A DNA stretch of 64,000 bases from Spirochaetales bacterium (GCA_007127105.1 SLAA01000010.1:11447-75446), one strand, 5' to 3'; counted from the first letter of the stretch, positions 38,058 to 47,488 are shown. Numbers and translations are program-made. Notes: generated by a model not told the origin, from the letters alone.

Positions 38058-39440
38058 ATGAGCACGACCTCATGGGACTACAGCATGTTCTGGCATGAGG
38101 CCATGAAACAGCTACAGGATGAGCTTTCGGAACAAGAGTACTCGATGTGGTTCAACCGTATGGAGTATGCTTCCTCGGGGAAGGAGCAGATCACCGTTAA
38201 GGTGCCATCATCCTTCTACCGTGACCAGGTCAAGCAACGGTATCTTGCAACTATACAAGACAAACTGTTTGAGCTCTCCGGGAGTGAACTGCACCTCGAG
38301 TTTGAGGTCGCCAAGGCTGAAACCCCGGTGGCGGATAAGACGCCCCAACCAAAGACGGATACCAAGCGAACTACTGCTACCCAGACACGCGAACCAAAAC
38401 CACCCCATCCTCAACTGCGCGAGGAATACACCTTCGACAACTTCGTTATCGGTGAGAACAGTAGTTTTGCCGCAAACGCCGCGCTTGCAATAGCAAAGAA
38501 TCCGGGAACTGCCTATAACCCTTGTCTTATCTACGGTGGTGTAGGACTTGGGAAAACGCATCTTATTCAGTCTATTGGGAACCAGGTTTACCAGGAGTAT
38601 GAGAAGCTTCGCATTGTCTATGTCACTATGGAAAGCTTCACCAACGACTTCATACAGTCTATACGCGAGAAACGGACCCAGGGTTTCAAGAACAAGTACC
38701 GATACGCAGATGTTCTTCTCATAGACGACATTCACTTTCTTCCTGGGAAGCCAGAAACACAGGAAGAGCTTTTCCACACCTTCAACGCGCTCTATGACGC
38801 CAACAAGCAAATGGTGTTCACCTGTGACCGTCCGGTTTCCGAAATCCGTGATCTCACCGACCGGCTACGAAATAGATTTGAACGGGGCCTCAACGTCGAT
38901 CTCCAACCACCCTCCTACGAAACGCGTTTTGCTATCCTCAAAAAGAAAATTGAGCGGAGTGATTTGGATATTCCTACCGAGGTTATCGAACTGATATGTA
39001 ACAATGTTACAACCAATGTCCGTGACCTTGAAGCCGCACTCACAAAGCTCATAGCCTATGCGGAGTTGGTGAACAAGCAGATCACCGTCGCTGTCGCGCG
39101 CAGTCAACTAAAGGATATGCTTTCTAATCCTCACCAGTCAAAAATTACCATCGACGCTATTCAACGGGCAGTTGCTGACTACTTCAACCTCTCCAGCCAG
39201 GAACTCAAGGGGAAAAAACGCACAAAAACCGTAGCTTTTCCCCGACAGTTGGCGATGTATATATGCCGTGAAATAACCGAATACTCCACGACCGAGGTTG
39301 GGCTTGAGTTTGGTGGACGTGATCATACAACAGTGATGTATGCTTGCCAACGAATTGAGAATCGTATTCGAACCGACGCCACTGTCGAGACTATCATTCA
39401 GAACCTTATTAGAGATATTAAGAGCAAGGGAATTAGGTAG
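38058..39440 (+). CDS. dnaA: Chromosomal replication initiator DnaA
   Basis: 460 aa. Has the AAA+ Walker A GGVGLGKTHL, LLIDDIHFL, and the domain IV HTH (DHTTVMYACQRI). Confidence 0.97.
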   Translation: MSTTSWDYSMFWHEAMKQLQDELSEQEYSMWFNRMEYASSGKEQITVKVPSSFYRDQVKQRYLATIQDKLFELSGSELHLEFEVAKAETPVADKTPQPKTDTKRTTATQTREPKPPHPQLREEYTFDNFVIGENSSFAANAALAIAKNPGTAYNPCLIYGGVGLGKTHLIQSIGNQVYQEYEKLRIVYVTMESFTNDFIQSIREKRTQGFKNKYRYADVLLIDDIHFLPGKPETQEELFHTFNALYDANKQMVFTCDRPVSEIRDLTDRLRNRFERGLNVDLQPPSYETRFAILKKKIERSDLDIPTEVIELICNNVTTNVRDLEAALTKLIAYAELVNKQITVAVARSQLKDMLSNPHQSKITIDAIQRAVADYFNLSSQELKGKKRTKTVAFPRQLAMYICREITEYSTTEVGLEFGGRDHTTVMYACQRIENRIRTDATVETIIQNLIRDIKSKGIR

Positions 39441-39446
39441 AAACTC

Positions 39447-39515
39447 TGTGGAGAACAGTACCAATTATGGGTGTTCTGTGGGGATATCTTTTGGGGCCGC
39501 GGAAACTGTGGACCA
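39447..39515 (+). promoter_or_regulatory. Three DnaA-box-like 9-mers in direct orientation at exact 30-bp spacing
   Basis: TGTGGAGAA (39447), TGTGGGGAT (39477) and TGTGGACCA (39507), compared with the TGTGGATAA consensus. They share the core CTGTGG. Confidence 0.5.
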
Positions 39516-39604
39516 TTTGCTAATAACCGGGAAGACTTGTTATGAGCTTCAACTCACGTTGAGACAAGGTCTTAAGCTGGTTTTGCACATGTTAAGTGTT
39601 CCCA

Positions 39605-39645
39605 CTATTACAACTACTAGTTTATAACTATATACAATAATAAGA
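39605..39645. other. AT-rich candidate DNA-unwinding element of oriC
   Basis: ctattacaactactagtttataactatatacaataataag is the most AT-rich stretch of the dnaA-dnaN spacer, about 90 nt downstream of the box array. Confidence 0.4.
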
Positions 39646-39665
39646 GGGATAAGGAGCACGTGATC

Positions 39666-40769
39666 ATGAAGTTCGTATGTGACAAAGATGTAATCATGCG
39701 GGAGATATCCGTCGCTGCGGACATCATCTCGTCAAAAACTACGCTTTCCATACTTTCAAATGTGTTAATGGAAGCTTCAGATCAGAGCTTAAAGATCCGT
39801 GCTACAGATCTTAAGGTGAGTTTTGAAACCGCAATTCCGGTAACTGTTGAAGGTGAAGGTCGTACTACAGTCTTCTGTGATAAATTGCTCGGAATACTTC
39901 GCTCATTACCGTCTGGAGAAGTCGAGTTCGAAACTACTGGCTCCGACCGAATGATCATTCGTCCTCGAGGAAAGAAGATTGATTTCAGACTGAAGTGTAT
40001 CGAGGCCGACAAGTTTCCAGAGATTCAACTTGCGGTTGAGGACGCCTACTGGGAGTTTCCTCAGAAAGAGTTTATCGAAATGATCTCCCAGACTGTGTTT
40101 GCTGTTTCAGACGACGAAACGCGCTATTTCATGAATGGGGTTTACATGGAGAACCAGGAAGGTGCTCTTATCATGGTAGCAACCGACGGACGTCGCCTGG
40201 CACTCGTGAAGAAGTATCCCACATCTGAAATGAAAGAGTTTCCGGGGATAATTGTGCCACCAAAAGTGCTGACCTTGATTCGCAAGCAAGCATCCGGCGA
40301 GGGATCCTTTGCTATTGCCGTAACCGAAAAGAACCTCTTTGTTCGATTTGAGAATCAGAAGATCTCTTCAGCCCTTATTGACGGTCAGTTTCCTAACTAT
40401 CGACGCGTAATTCCAGAAGAACAGATTCACGAACTCACGGTTTCTCGAGTTGAACTCGCGGAAGCTCTGAGACGAGTTTCGCTACTTGTCGAAAAGTCCC
40501 GGCGAATCTATGTTGATCTTCGTCCTGAAGCCATCCTTATGCGAAGCGAGGAAACAGATATCGGAGCTGCTAGTGAAGAGATTTCTTGTGACTACACCGG
40601 ACCAGAGTTAACCATAGCTCTAAATTACTTATACCTCTCTGAGCCGCTTAAAGCCATTGAGTCTGAACGTGTGAAAGTCCGCTTCACCGAGTCCAATAAG
40701 GCGGTGACTTTGCAGCCTGATCCGGAATCTGACTACTTCCACATTGTTATGCCGATGCAGTTGGATTAA
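39666..40769 (+). CDS. dnaN: DNA polymerase III beta sliding clamp
   Basis: 367 aa from the ATG at 39666, with AAGGAG 9 nt upstream; the ORF track starts at the GTG at 39660. Typical three-domain clamp sequence (MKF.C.K..L, ATDG.RLA, MPM.L end). Confidence 0.95.
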   Translation: MKFVCDKDVIMREISVAADIISSKTTLSILSNVLMEASDQSLKIRATDLKVSFETAIPVTVEGEGRTTVFCDKLLGILRSLPSGEVEFETTGSDRMIIRPRGKKIDFRLKCIEADKFPEIQLAVEDAYWEFPQKEFIEMISQTVFAVSDDETRYFMNGVYMENQEGALIMVATDGRRLALVKKYPTSEMKEFPGIIVPPKVLTLIRKQASGEGSFAIAVTEKNLFVRFENQKISSALIDGQFPNYRRVIPEEQIHELTVSRVELAEALRRVSLLVEKSRRIYVDLRPEAILMRSEETDIGAASEEISCDYTGPELTIALNYLYLSEPLKAIESERVKVRFTESNKAVTLQPDPESDYFHIVMPMQLD

Positions 40770-40788
40770 GGGTATCGGCTAAATCTGA

Positions 40789-41883
40789 ATGGCATTCACC
40801 CGACTTAGGAGTTTTGGTTTTCGCAATCTTGCTGATGCTACCGTGAAAGTCAATGCTCCTGAGGTCTTCTTTGTCGGCGAGAACGGCCAGGGTAAAAGCA
40901 ACTTTCTGGAAGCCTTGCATTACCTCTGTTACGGGAGTTCCTTTCGCACTCGTAAACCCGAGCATCTTCTTCGTACCGGAGATAAGGTGTTTCGACTTGT
41001 TGCTGGAGTGTCTGAACCCAATCAACTTATTGACGAGCTTTCGATTACCTTTGAGGACAAGAAGCGTCAGATTTGCTTTGACGGGAAAGTCGTACAGGAT
41101 CGAAAAGATCTGCTCGAACGCTTTCCCTGTTTTGTGTTTTGCCACGGAGATATTGAGTTCATTACTGGACCACCAGAGACTCAACGGTTGTTCTTTGACC
41201 AAACACTGAGTCTGCTTGATCATAGATATATCGACCTTTTACGAAACTACCGTCAGATTCTTCGTTCACGCAATGCCTGCATAAAGGACGGCCGCCATGA
41301 ACTTCTGAGCGTTTATGATGAACAGCTCATTGAGTATGGACGCCAACTTACAAAAAAGCGTCATGAGGTAGTGAGTGAGTTCAACGAGTCTCTCAGTGCG
41401 GTGTTTGAGCGCACCGCACGAATTAACGCAGAGGTGAACATACGGTATTTACCCTCTTGGAAGGAAGGTCAGGAAGCAGCCACTTTGAATCGTCTCAGAG
41501 AACGAGACCTGGCATTCTTAACCACCACCTCAGGGCCGCACCGTGATAGATATAGATTCTTGAAGGATGGTCGTGAGTTTACCGATACCGCCAGTACGGG
41601 ACAATTACGTCTCCTGTCTTTGGTCCTTCGGACCGCTCAAGTGAACTACTTCTGGAGCAAAACCCATAGACCACCTATTCTTCTCTTGGACGATGTACTC
41701 CTTGAGCTCGACCACACTCGTCGCGAACGCTTTTTGAATGACCTCCCTCCCTATGACCAGGCATTCTTTACCTTTCTTCCCCAGGAACCATATGCGAGTT
41801 ATCGAAAAGCAGATACTCTTGTCTATGAGGTAAAAAACGGAAGCTTTACACTTCATGACGACGATGAGGGACAGCATGTCTGA
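40789..41883 (+). CDS. recF: DNA replication and repair protein RecF
   Basis: 364 aa. Walker A GENGQGKSNFLEA, signature-like SGPHRD, Walker B LLLDDVLLELD. Confidence 0.95.
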   Translation: MAFTRLRSFGFRNLADATVKVNAPEVFFVGENGQGKSNFLEALHYLCYGSSFRTRKPEHLLRTGDKVFRLVAGVSEPNQLIDELSITFEDKKRQICFDGKVVQDRKDLLERFPCFVFCHGDIEFITGPPETQRLFFDQTLSLLDHRYIDLLRNYRQILRSRNACIKDGRHELLSVYDEQLIEYGRQLTKKRHEVVSEFNESLSAVFERTARINAEVNIRYLPSWKEGQEAATLNRLRERDLAFLTTTSGPHRDRYRFLKDGREFTDTASTGQLRLLSLVLRTAQVNYFWSKTHRPPILLLDDVLLELDHTRRERFLNDLPPYDQAFFTFLPQEPYASYRKADTLVYEVKNGSFTLHDDDEGQHV

Positions 41884-42403
41884 GATGAAAAAAGCCGGTG
41901 ATATCCTCAAAACCTTCTTTGACCGATCGGTACTTGCCGAAGGTGAAAAGTATCTGCGTTTCTTTGGTGCCTGGGATCAGATTGTCGGGCCGGACATATC
42001 TGCTCATGCAAAGGCGGTAGATATTGTTCATGGGTCTGTAGTCGTGGAGGTTGATCATCCAGGTTGGCTCCAGATGTTGCAGCTACGTGAACAGAATGTG
42101 CTTCAAGCACTCCATAGACGATTTCCGGACTTAAAGATAACGGGAATGCGTTATAGGCTTGTGGATCCCGGGCACTTCAGCCCTCCTGGAAGTGAAAAAG
42201 TCGATATCACAACGAGGAAAGGCAGCACAAAATCCGATAGTGACGCCGATGATCGGTCGGAAACCACTGGCACCGAGTTCGCTAACCAGGGGTACGAGAG
42301 TGACTCCGACCATGAAGCACTAGACGCGATAGGAGACGACACTCTACGTGAAGGTCTCAAGCGTCTCGGAGACGCGCTACGGCTCCATGATGAAGATCTT
42401 TGA
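41876..42403 (+). CDS. DUF721 / DciA-like protein
   Basis: MSEMKKAGDIL start at 41876 overlaps the recF stop (ATGTCTGA). The core W..IVG..I..H.....I..G.L.V.V....W...L, and the position downstream of recF, are typical of DUF721. The C-terminal 70 aa are acidic and low-complexity. Confidence 0.7.
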   Translation: MSEMKKAGDILKTFFDRSVLAEGEKYLRFFGAWDQIVGPDISAHAKAVDIVHGSVVVEVDHPGWLQMLQLREQNVLQALHRRFPDLKITGMRYRLVDPGHFSPPGSEKVDITTRKGSTKSDSDADDRSETTGTEFANQGYESDSDHEALDAIGDDTLREGLKRLGDALRLHDEDL

Positions 42404-42417
42404 TCTTCGCCAAATCA

Positions 42418-42447
42418 TTGACACGCCCGATTTGCAAAGCGTATACT
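42418..42447 (+). promoter_or_regulatory. Candidate sigma-70 promoter for rpmH-rnpA-yidC-jag
   Basis: TTGACA (42418-42423), 18-nt spacer, TATACT (42442-42447), about 48 nt upstream of the rpmH ATG. Confidence 0.55.
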
Positions 42448-42494
42448 ACGCGCCCGTTACCATTATTGTCTTAGTATATTGAAGGAGACCTGCG

Positions 42495-42650
42495 ATGAAG
42501 CGCACATATCAACCCAGCAGGGTTAAACGAAACCGAAAGTTCGGATTTCGTGCCCGAATGAAAACCAAGGGCGGTCGTCTGGTTTTGAAGAGACGTCGTG
42601 CCAAAGGACGGAGCAAACTGTCCGTCGCTGATGAAAAGAAGCCTTACTAG
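42495..42650 (+). CDS. rpmH: 50S ribosomal protein L34
   Basis: Not in the ORF track (51 aa). [61 protein letters not shown] at 42481-42487. Confidence 0.95.
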   Translation: MKRTYQPSRVKRNRKFGFRARMKTKGGRLVLKRRRAKGRSKLSVADEKKPY

Positions 42651-42969
42651 AGATGAACGTCTTCGCTCAGAGCGTAGCATAAAGACAGTCTTCGTGAACG
42701 GCAAGGTACTGCGTGGACGGGGAATGCAGCTTAGGTATGTTGCAAACAACCTCAATCATAATCGCTACTTGGTCGTTACGGAGCGCAAATTCGGAACCGC
42801 GGTGCGGAGAAACAAGGCCCGCCGCGTTGCCAAAGAGCTTTTTCGTACATCCAAACCCGAGCAAACTCAAGGATTCGACCTCGCGCTGATCGTCTTTCGG
42901 GGGGACTACACCTTTTCCGAACGAAGCCGGCAGTTTCGCGTGCTACTTGGTAAAGCCGGAATCCTGTAG
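42631..42969 (+). CDS. rnpA: Ribonuclease P protein component
   Basis: [21 protein letters not shown]... with the RNR-type motif [13 protein letters not shown]. The ATG at 42631 overlaps rpmH by 20 nt; the ORF-track ATG at 42598 would overlap it by 53 nt. Confidence 0.85.
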   Translation: MKRSLTRDERLRSERSIKTVFVNGKVLRGRGMQLRYVANNLNHNRYLVVTERKFGTAVRRNKARRVAKELFRTSKPEQTQGFDLALIVFRGDYTFSERSRQFRVLLGKAGIL

Positions 42970-42977
42970 GAGTCCTC

Positions 42978-44714
42978 ATGGAAAAAAATACCCTAATTGC
43001 AGTAATCCTCTCGGTTGTAGTAATCACCGTAGGGTTTATGATTCAGAATGCCTTGTTTCCACCCGAAGATTTTACTCCAGCCGTGACTGCTCCGATTGAG
43101 GAGCGTCCGACACCAGAAGCGACTCAGTCCGTTGAGCCACTTCCAGACCCTATGCGCGCGGCTGGTACTATTGAACCTGCACCCGACCATGAGCCTGACA
43201 ATGTAGCCTCATATACCCATCGCACCGATCTGCTGAGTGTAACATTCGACCCCCGTGGCGCTGTTGTTACTTCATTTCAGCTGCTCGAGCACCGCGACGG
43301 GGATCGTCCTGTTGAAATGGTCAAACGCGGGCTGGGTTCAGACGCGGGCTTTACCCTCCATTTTGGCGACTCAAGTTCACCGGTAGTCGACGCTGCTTTC
43401 CATCGACGTGCGACGAATGACGCGAACACGGTCGAGTTCTATCGCGACTTCCTGGTGCATAGAAACTCGAACAATGGTGAAGAACCAATTCGTTTTCGCG
43501 TCACGCGAATATATCGATTCCGAGACGGAGAGTATTTGGTCGAAAGTGACACCGTCTTCGAGAATTTGAGCGGCGGTGCAATACCTCTGAACTTTTCCGG
43601 TATTGCCTACACCATTGGTTTAGGTCCTCAGATAGGTCCAAGTTTCCAGGAACTGGATGGACGAAACGAGTACCGGAGATTTGCCCACTTTGACGGAGAT
43701 CGTACCCGGTACGAGGATTTGCGAGCCGGAGCGGAAGAGGTACTTGAGCGGCGAATCAAGTGGACGGCAATTGTTGGTAAGTACTTTGCTTTGGCTGTTG
43801 TTCCCGGCACCGTAGAGTATGAAGTGACCTTTGCAAAGCGAGATGTGACAGGTCTTGAGGAGGGAGCTCAGCTGTTTCTCTCTCGACCGGTTATTCGCAG
43901 CCAGTATCAGACAGACACACTTCGATACTATGTGGGTCCACGCACCGACTTTGCGGCGCGATACAACAACCCTTCCGATAACGCATTTGCGGCCCGCAAT
44001 CTTGAGCTTGATGAGTTAGTGCAAACTCGCTTTCTTCTTGGCTGGCTTGAGAACTTCTTGAAGTTCTTTCTTAATATCATTTATGGATTCATTCCCAATT
44101 ATGGGATCGCAATAATTCTGCTTACGATACTCGTGAAACTCGCAACCGCTCCTCTGACCAAGAAGAGCTTTGAGTCAATGGGCAGAATGCAGGAACTTGC
44201 TCCAAAAATCCAAGAGATCAAAGAGAAGCATGGCGACAACCCACAAAAAATGAATCAAATGACGGCGGAGCTCTACAAGAAGGAAGGCGTAAACCCATTG
44301 GGTGGTTGTTTGCCTATGTTGCTGCAGTTCCCGTTCTTCATTGCGATGTTTGGTCTCTTTAACAATCACTTTGATCTTCGTGGAGCGGTCTTCATTCCAG
44401 GTTGGATCACCGACCTATCGGCTCCGGAGTCAATTCTGAACTTTGGCGATTTCACCTTACCGCTGCTTGGATGGAACGACCTAAGGCTGTTGCCCATTGT
44501 CTTCGTGGCAACGCAATTACTCAGCACCAAGTTTATGCAAACACCATCGGCACAGGGTGGTCAGATGAAAATGATGACCTATATGTTGCCTGTTGTTTTC
44601 TTCTTTGTGTTGTATAACATGCCGTCCGGACTCCTGGTATACTGGATCTTTTCCAACCTTCTTCAGGTCGGACAACAGATGCTGACCAAGCGTCGTAAGC
44701 TGCAGTCCGCATAA
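42978..44714 (+). CDS. yidC: Membrane protein insertase YidC (long, periplasmic-domain form)
   Basis: 578 aa. N-terminal TM segment, large periplasmic domain, and a C-terminal 60-kDa insertase core (GIAIILLTILVKL...PL..KS..SM, GGCLPMLLQFP, LLVYW). Confidence 0.95.
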   Translation: MEKNTLIAVILSVVVITVGFMIQNALFPPEDFTPAVTAPIEERPTPEATQSVEPLPDPMRAAGTIEPAPDHEPDNVASYTHRTDLLSVTFDPRGAVVTSFQLLEHRDGDRPVEMVKRGLGSDAGFTLHFGDSSSPVVDAAFHRRATNDANTVEFYRDFLVHRNSNNGEEPIRFRVTRIYRFRDGEYLVESDTVFENLSGGAIPLNFSGIAYTIGLGPQIGPSFQELDGRNEYRRFAHFDGDRTRYEDLRAGAEEVLERRIKWTAIVGKYFALAVVPGTVEYEVTFAKRDVTGLEEGAQLFLSRPVIRSQYQTDTLRYYVGPRTDFAARYNNPSDNAFAARNLELDELVQTRFLLGWLENFLKFFLNIIYGFIPNYGIAIILLTILVKLATAPLTKKSFESMGRMQELAPKIQEIKEKHGDNPQKMNQMTAELYKKEGVNPLGGCLPMLLQFPFFIAMFGLFNNHFDLRGAVFIPGWITDLSAPESILNFGDFTLPLLGWNDLRLLPIVFVATQLLSTKFMQTPSAQGGQMKMMTYMLPVVFFFVLYNMPSGLLVYWIFSNLLQVGQQMLTKRRKLQSA

Positions 44715-44738
44715 GCCTAGCAAAGGAGTACTACGCAT

Positions 44739-45398
44739 ATGACACGAGAGTTTGAAGGCAAGACCGAAAAGGACGCAATTGATGCGGCAATATCGGAACT
44801 GGGACTCGAACGCGATGAGTTTGATGTAGAAATTGTCGATACTCAGAAATCCGGCCTGTTTGGAATGTCGAAAAAGGTTCGTATCCGCGTGCACACCAGC
44901 AGCGACTACACTCCGGTTAACGACACACAACCGGAGAACGACTTTGAGCACGGCATAATAGACTTCGTGGCCGGTATGATAGAACGGATGGGCTACACGG
45001 CAGAGATTGTCATAAAGTATCGGGAGCCCGGTAAACTGTGCTTGAGAATAGATTCGGAAAGCTCAGGGATTCTCATAGGACGTAAAGGACAAAACCTTGA
45101 CGCGTTGCAGTTGCTGGCCAACGTCGTTGCTGGCCGCCTGTATGGTGACGAAATCAAGGTGATTCTGGATACCGAAAACTACAGGTCGCGTCGTGAGGAA
45201 AGCCTGGTGCGCCTTGCTCACCAGGTTGGCGATCAAGTGCTTCGAGAAAAGGGGTCACGTCTGCTGGCACCAATGAATCCGTTCGAACGCCGACTCATAC
45301 ACACCTCCTTGACCGACATCGAAAACATTGCCACCAAAAGTGAGGGTGAAGGCCTTTACAAACAGGTTCGCGTATATTATCGTGGCGCGGGACAATAA
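44739..45398 (+). CDS. jag: Jag/KhpB RNA-binding protein (Jag_N, KH, R3H)
   Basis: 219 aa. KH GxxG region (GILIGRKGQNLDALQ) and R3H (PMNPFERRLIHTSL). Conserved position after yidC. Confidence 0.85.
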   Translation: MTREFEGKTEKDAIDAAISELGLERDEFDVEIVDTQKSGLFGMSKKVRIRVHTSSDYTPVNDTQPENDFEHGIIDFVAGMIERMGYTAEIVIKYREPGKLCLRIDSESSGILIGRKGQNLDALQLLANVVAGRLYGDEIKVILDTENYRSRREESLVRLAHQVGDQVLREKGSRLLAPMNPFERRLIHTSLTDIENIATKSEGEGLYKQVRVYYRGAGQ

Positions 45399-45450
45399 AC
45401 AGCTTAGGGCTTGAACTTGGCACGAATTTCACTTGTGGATAGGTTGTGGA

Positions 45451-45486
45451 AAGAACTCGGACTTCGGTTCGAGTTCTTTGTATGTT
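45451..45486 (+). terminator. Rho-independent terminator after jag
   Basis: An 11-bp stem (agaactcggac/gttcgagttct) capped by a UUCG tetraloop, followed by tttgtatgttt. Confidence 0.6.
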
Positions 45487-45710
45487 TGCAAACCTACTTA
45501 GTAGATATTAAGGTAATGCTCCTTCGTTCTCCCAGTACCCCTCAAAACGCACATAAATAAAACCATTAACTCTAATAAAACAATATTTTCGATGCGTTCT
45601 GGTGAGGAATAGCTGTCCTCCGGAGTCCTACCTTTCGGTAGTGTTCGATAGTGCCTTTGAGTCTTTTTGACTATACCCATGGATACGCGTCCTGTAGCAT
45701 GTGTACAACC

Positions 45711-45719
45711 TGTGGATAA
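45711..45719 (+). promoter_or_regulatory. Perfect DnaA box in the jag-gcvT non-coding region
   Basis: TGTGGATAA at 45711-45719. Related boxes are TGTGGATAG (45434-45442, 1 mismatch) and TGTGGAAAG (45445-45453, 2 mismatches). Confidence 0.45.
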
Positions 45720-45873
45720 CTTTTCAGCCTTTCGCGTAGGATGGCCGAGTAAACTCATTGCGCTCAATGACTTACCTTTGTCTTCGGTCTACTTGTGACA
45801 CCAGGATTGTGGTTCCTGTGAGGAGGAAAATAATACGGTAGTGCGATGGACTTTTTGATTGTATACTTTTGGC

Positions 45874-46986
45874 ATGAACGCCACACTCAAACACACACCC
45901 TTCTATGACCTTCATAAAGAACATAATGCTCGTTTTGCTCCCTTCGCAGGGTGGGAAATGCCTATTCAGTATCAGCCTGGGGCCATAGCCGAACACAAGC
46001 ATGTGCGAGCTCACCTTGGGGTTTTTGATACTTCCCACATGGGCCGTTTCGAGCTACGGGGTAAGGAGGTTACGCAGTTTCTTGACTACGCGGTAAGCAG
46101 CGACATTCTGAGCTTGTCTGAGAACACGTCCCGATATGGGCTGTTATGTCGCGAAGACGGCGGAATAATTGACGACGTCTTTGTTTACAGACTGGAGGAT
46201 CATTTCCTGGTCGTGGTAAATGCTTCGAATCGCGAAAAGGATTATCGGCACCTGGATGCTTTGCGAAAGGGTTTCGAGGTTGAGCTGCTCGATCGTTCAG
46301 CGGAAACTGTGATGCTTGCCATACAGGGGCCAGAAGCTATTCCTTTTCTGGATGCGGTCGCATCAGCTCCGCTTTCCGAGATTCCGAGGTTCGGCGCCGC
46401 GCAGCGAACGCTTGACCGGGTAGAGGTAGTTGTGGGCCGTACTGGTTACACCGGGGAAGACGGGGCTGAGCTATTCTTTGGAAGCGAATCGGCCCTACAT
46501 GTCTGGAACTACCTCTTTGGCGAGGCCGAGACGCGCGCGGTTGATTTGCAACCAATTGGCCTCGCGGCAAGAGACAGCCTACGCTTTGAACCGGGCTTCC
46601 CGCTCTATGGACACGAGCTCTCTGAGGACATTAGCCCAATTGCGGCGCGCCTGAAATGGGCGTGTGAGTTTGATCGAAATTTCGTCGGGCGCGATGCTTT
46701 GCTCAAGAGGGTTGAATCGGGAGAGCCCCGTAGGCTGGCTAGCGTTGTTATGCACGACCGCGGCGTTCCGCGCGAAGGGTGTACAGTCCATAGTTCTGCA
46801 GACGGATCCCAGATCGGCGTTGTGGTCACCGGAATGTATGCTCCGACGGTTGATGCCTACGCTGCGAATGTGTACCTTGACAATGCTTTCAATAAAGTAG
46901 GAACGATGCTCGAGATTGACATTCGCGGTAAGCGTAAGGCTGCCGAGCTTGTTAAGCGACCGCTTTATACACCGAGTTATCGATAA
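45874..46986 (+). CDS. gcvT: Glycine cleavage system aminomethyltransferase (T protein)
   Basis: MNATLKHTPFYDLHKEH...FAGWEMPIQY...GVFDTSHMGRF. ATG at 45874, with no obvious Shine-Dalgarno sequence; the ORF track starts at the TTG at 45859. Confidence 0.9.
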   Translation: MNATLKHTPFYDLHKEHNARFAPFAGWEMPIQYQPGAIAEHKHVRAHLGVFDTSHMGRFELRGKEVTQFLDYAVSSDILSLSENTSRYGLLCREDGGIIDDVFVYRLEDHFLVVVNASNREKDYRHLDALRKGFEVELLDRSAETVMLAIQGPEAIPFLDAVASAPLSEIPRFGAAQRTLDRVEVVVGRTGYTGEDGAELFFGSESALHVWNYLFGEAETRAVDLQPIGLAARDSLRFEPGFPLYGHELSEDISPIAARLKWACEFDRNFVGRDALLKRVESGEPRRLASVVMHDRGVPREGCTVHSSADGSQIGVVVTGMYAPTVDAYAANVYLDNAFNKVGTMLEIDIRGKRKAAELVKRPLYTPSYR

Positions 46987-47098
46987 GAGCTTGACGTAAT
47001 TCACTGTTCCCTTTTCTATTGAGGGGAGTCGCACGAAGGCGAACTGGCTTAGTCTTATGACCATCCTTTTCGCACTAATTAGCAAGGAGTGAGTAAGT

Positions 47099-47488
47099 AT
47101 GAATTTTGACACAAACGCACGGTATCTTGAGTCACACGAATGGGCGAAGAAAGAAGGCGATCTCGTGGTATGTGGTGTTTCTGACTACGCACAGGATAGT
47201 CTGGGGGACATTGTCTTTGTCGAGCTGCCGGAAGTGGGTACAAGCTTCAATAAAGGCGACGCTTTTGGTGTGGTTGAGAGCGTTAAGGCGGCTAGTGATG
47301 TCTATATACCTATAGGTGGCGAAGTAGTTGATATTAACGCTGATCTTGAGGACAGTCCCGAGACCGTAAACTCCGATCCTTTCGGAGCAGGATGGCTGAT
47401 CAAGGTAAAACCGAGCAATCCTGAAGAACTAGAGGCGCTCCTCTCGGCGGACGACTACAAGAAGTTCACGGATGGTTTGGACGCTTAA
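47099..47488 (+). CDS. gcvH: Glycine cleavage system H protein
   Basis: 129 aa. Lipoyl-lysine motif VESVKAASDVY. Confidence 0.95.
   Translation: MNFDTNARYLESHEWAKKEGDLVVCGVSDYAQDSLGDIVFVELPEVGTSFNKGDAFGVVESVKAASDVYIPIGGEVVDINADLEDSPETVNSDPFGAGWLIKVKPSNPEELEALLSADDYKKFTDGLDA

Noticed and set aside
45483-45873. Glycine riboswitch upstream of gcvT.
   Set aside because: It was expected from the context, but I could not find the conserved aptamer elements (GGAGAG...ACCGAAGGGGCAA...CUCUGGAGAG-type cores) on the plus strand. A covariance-model scan is still needed to be sure.
45498-46038. Two minus-strand ORFs (89 aa at 45498-45767 and 88 aa at 45772-46038) in or near the jag-gcvT gap.
   Set aside because: They have no RBS and no recognisable motif. 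The second overlaps the conserved gcvT N-terminus. Composition looks like non-coding sequence.
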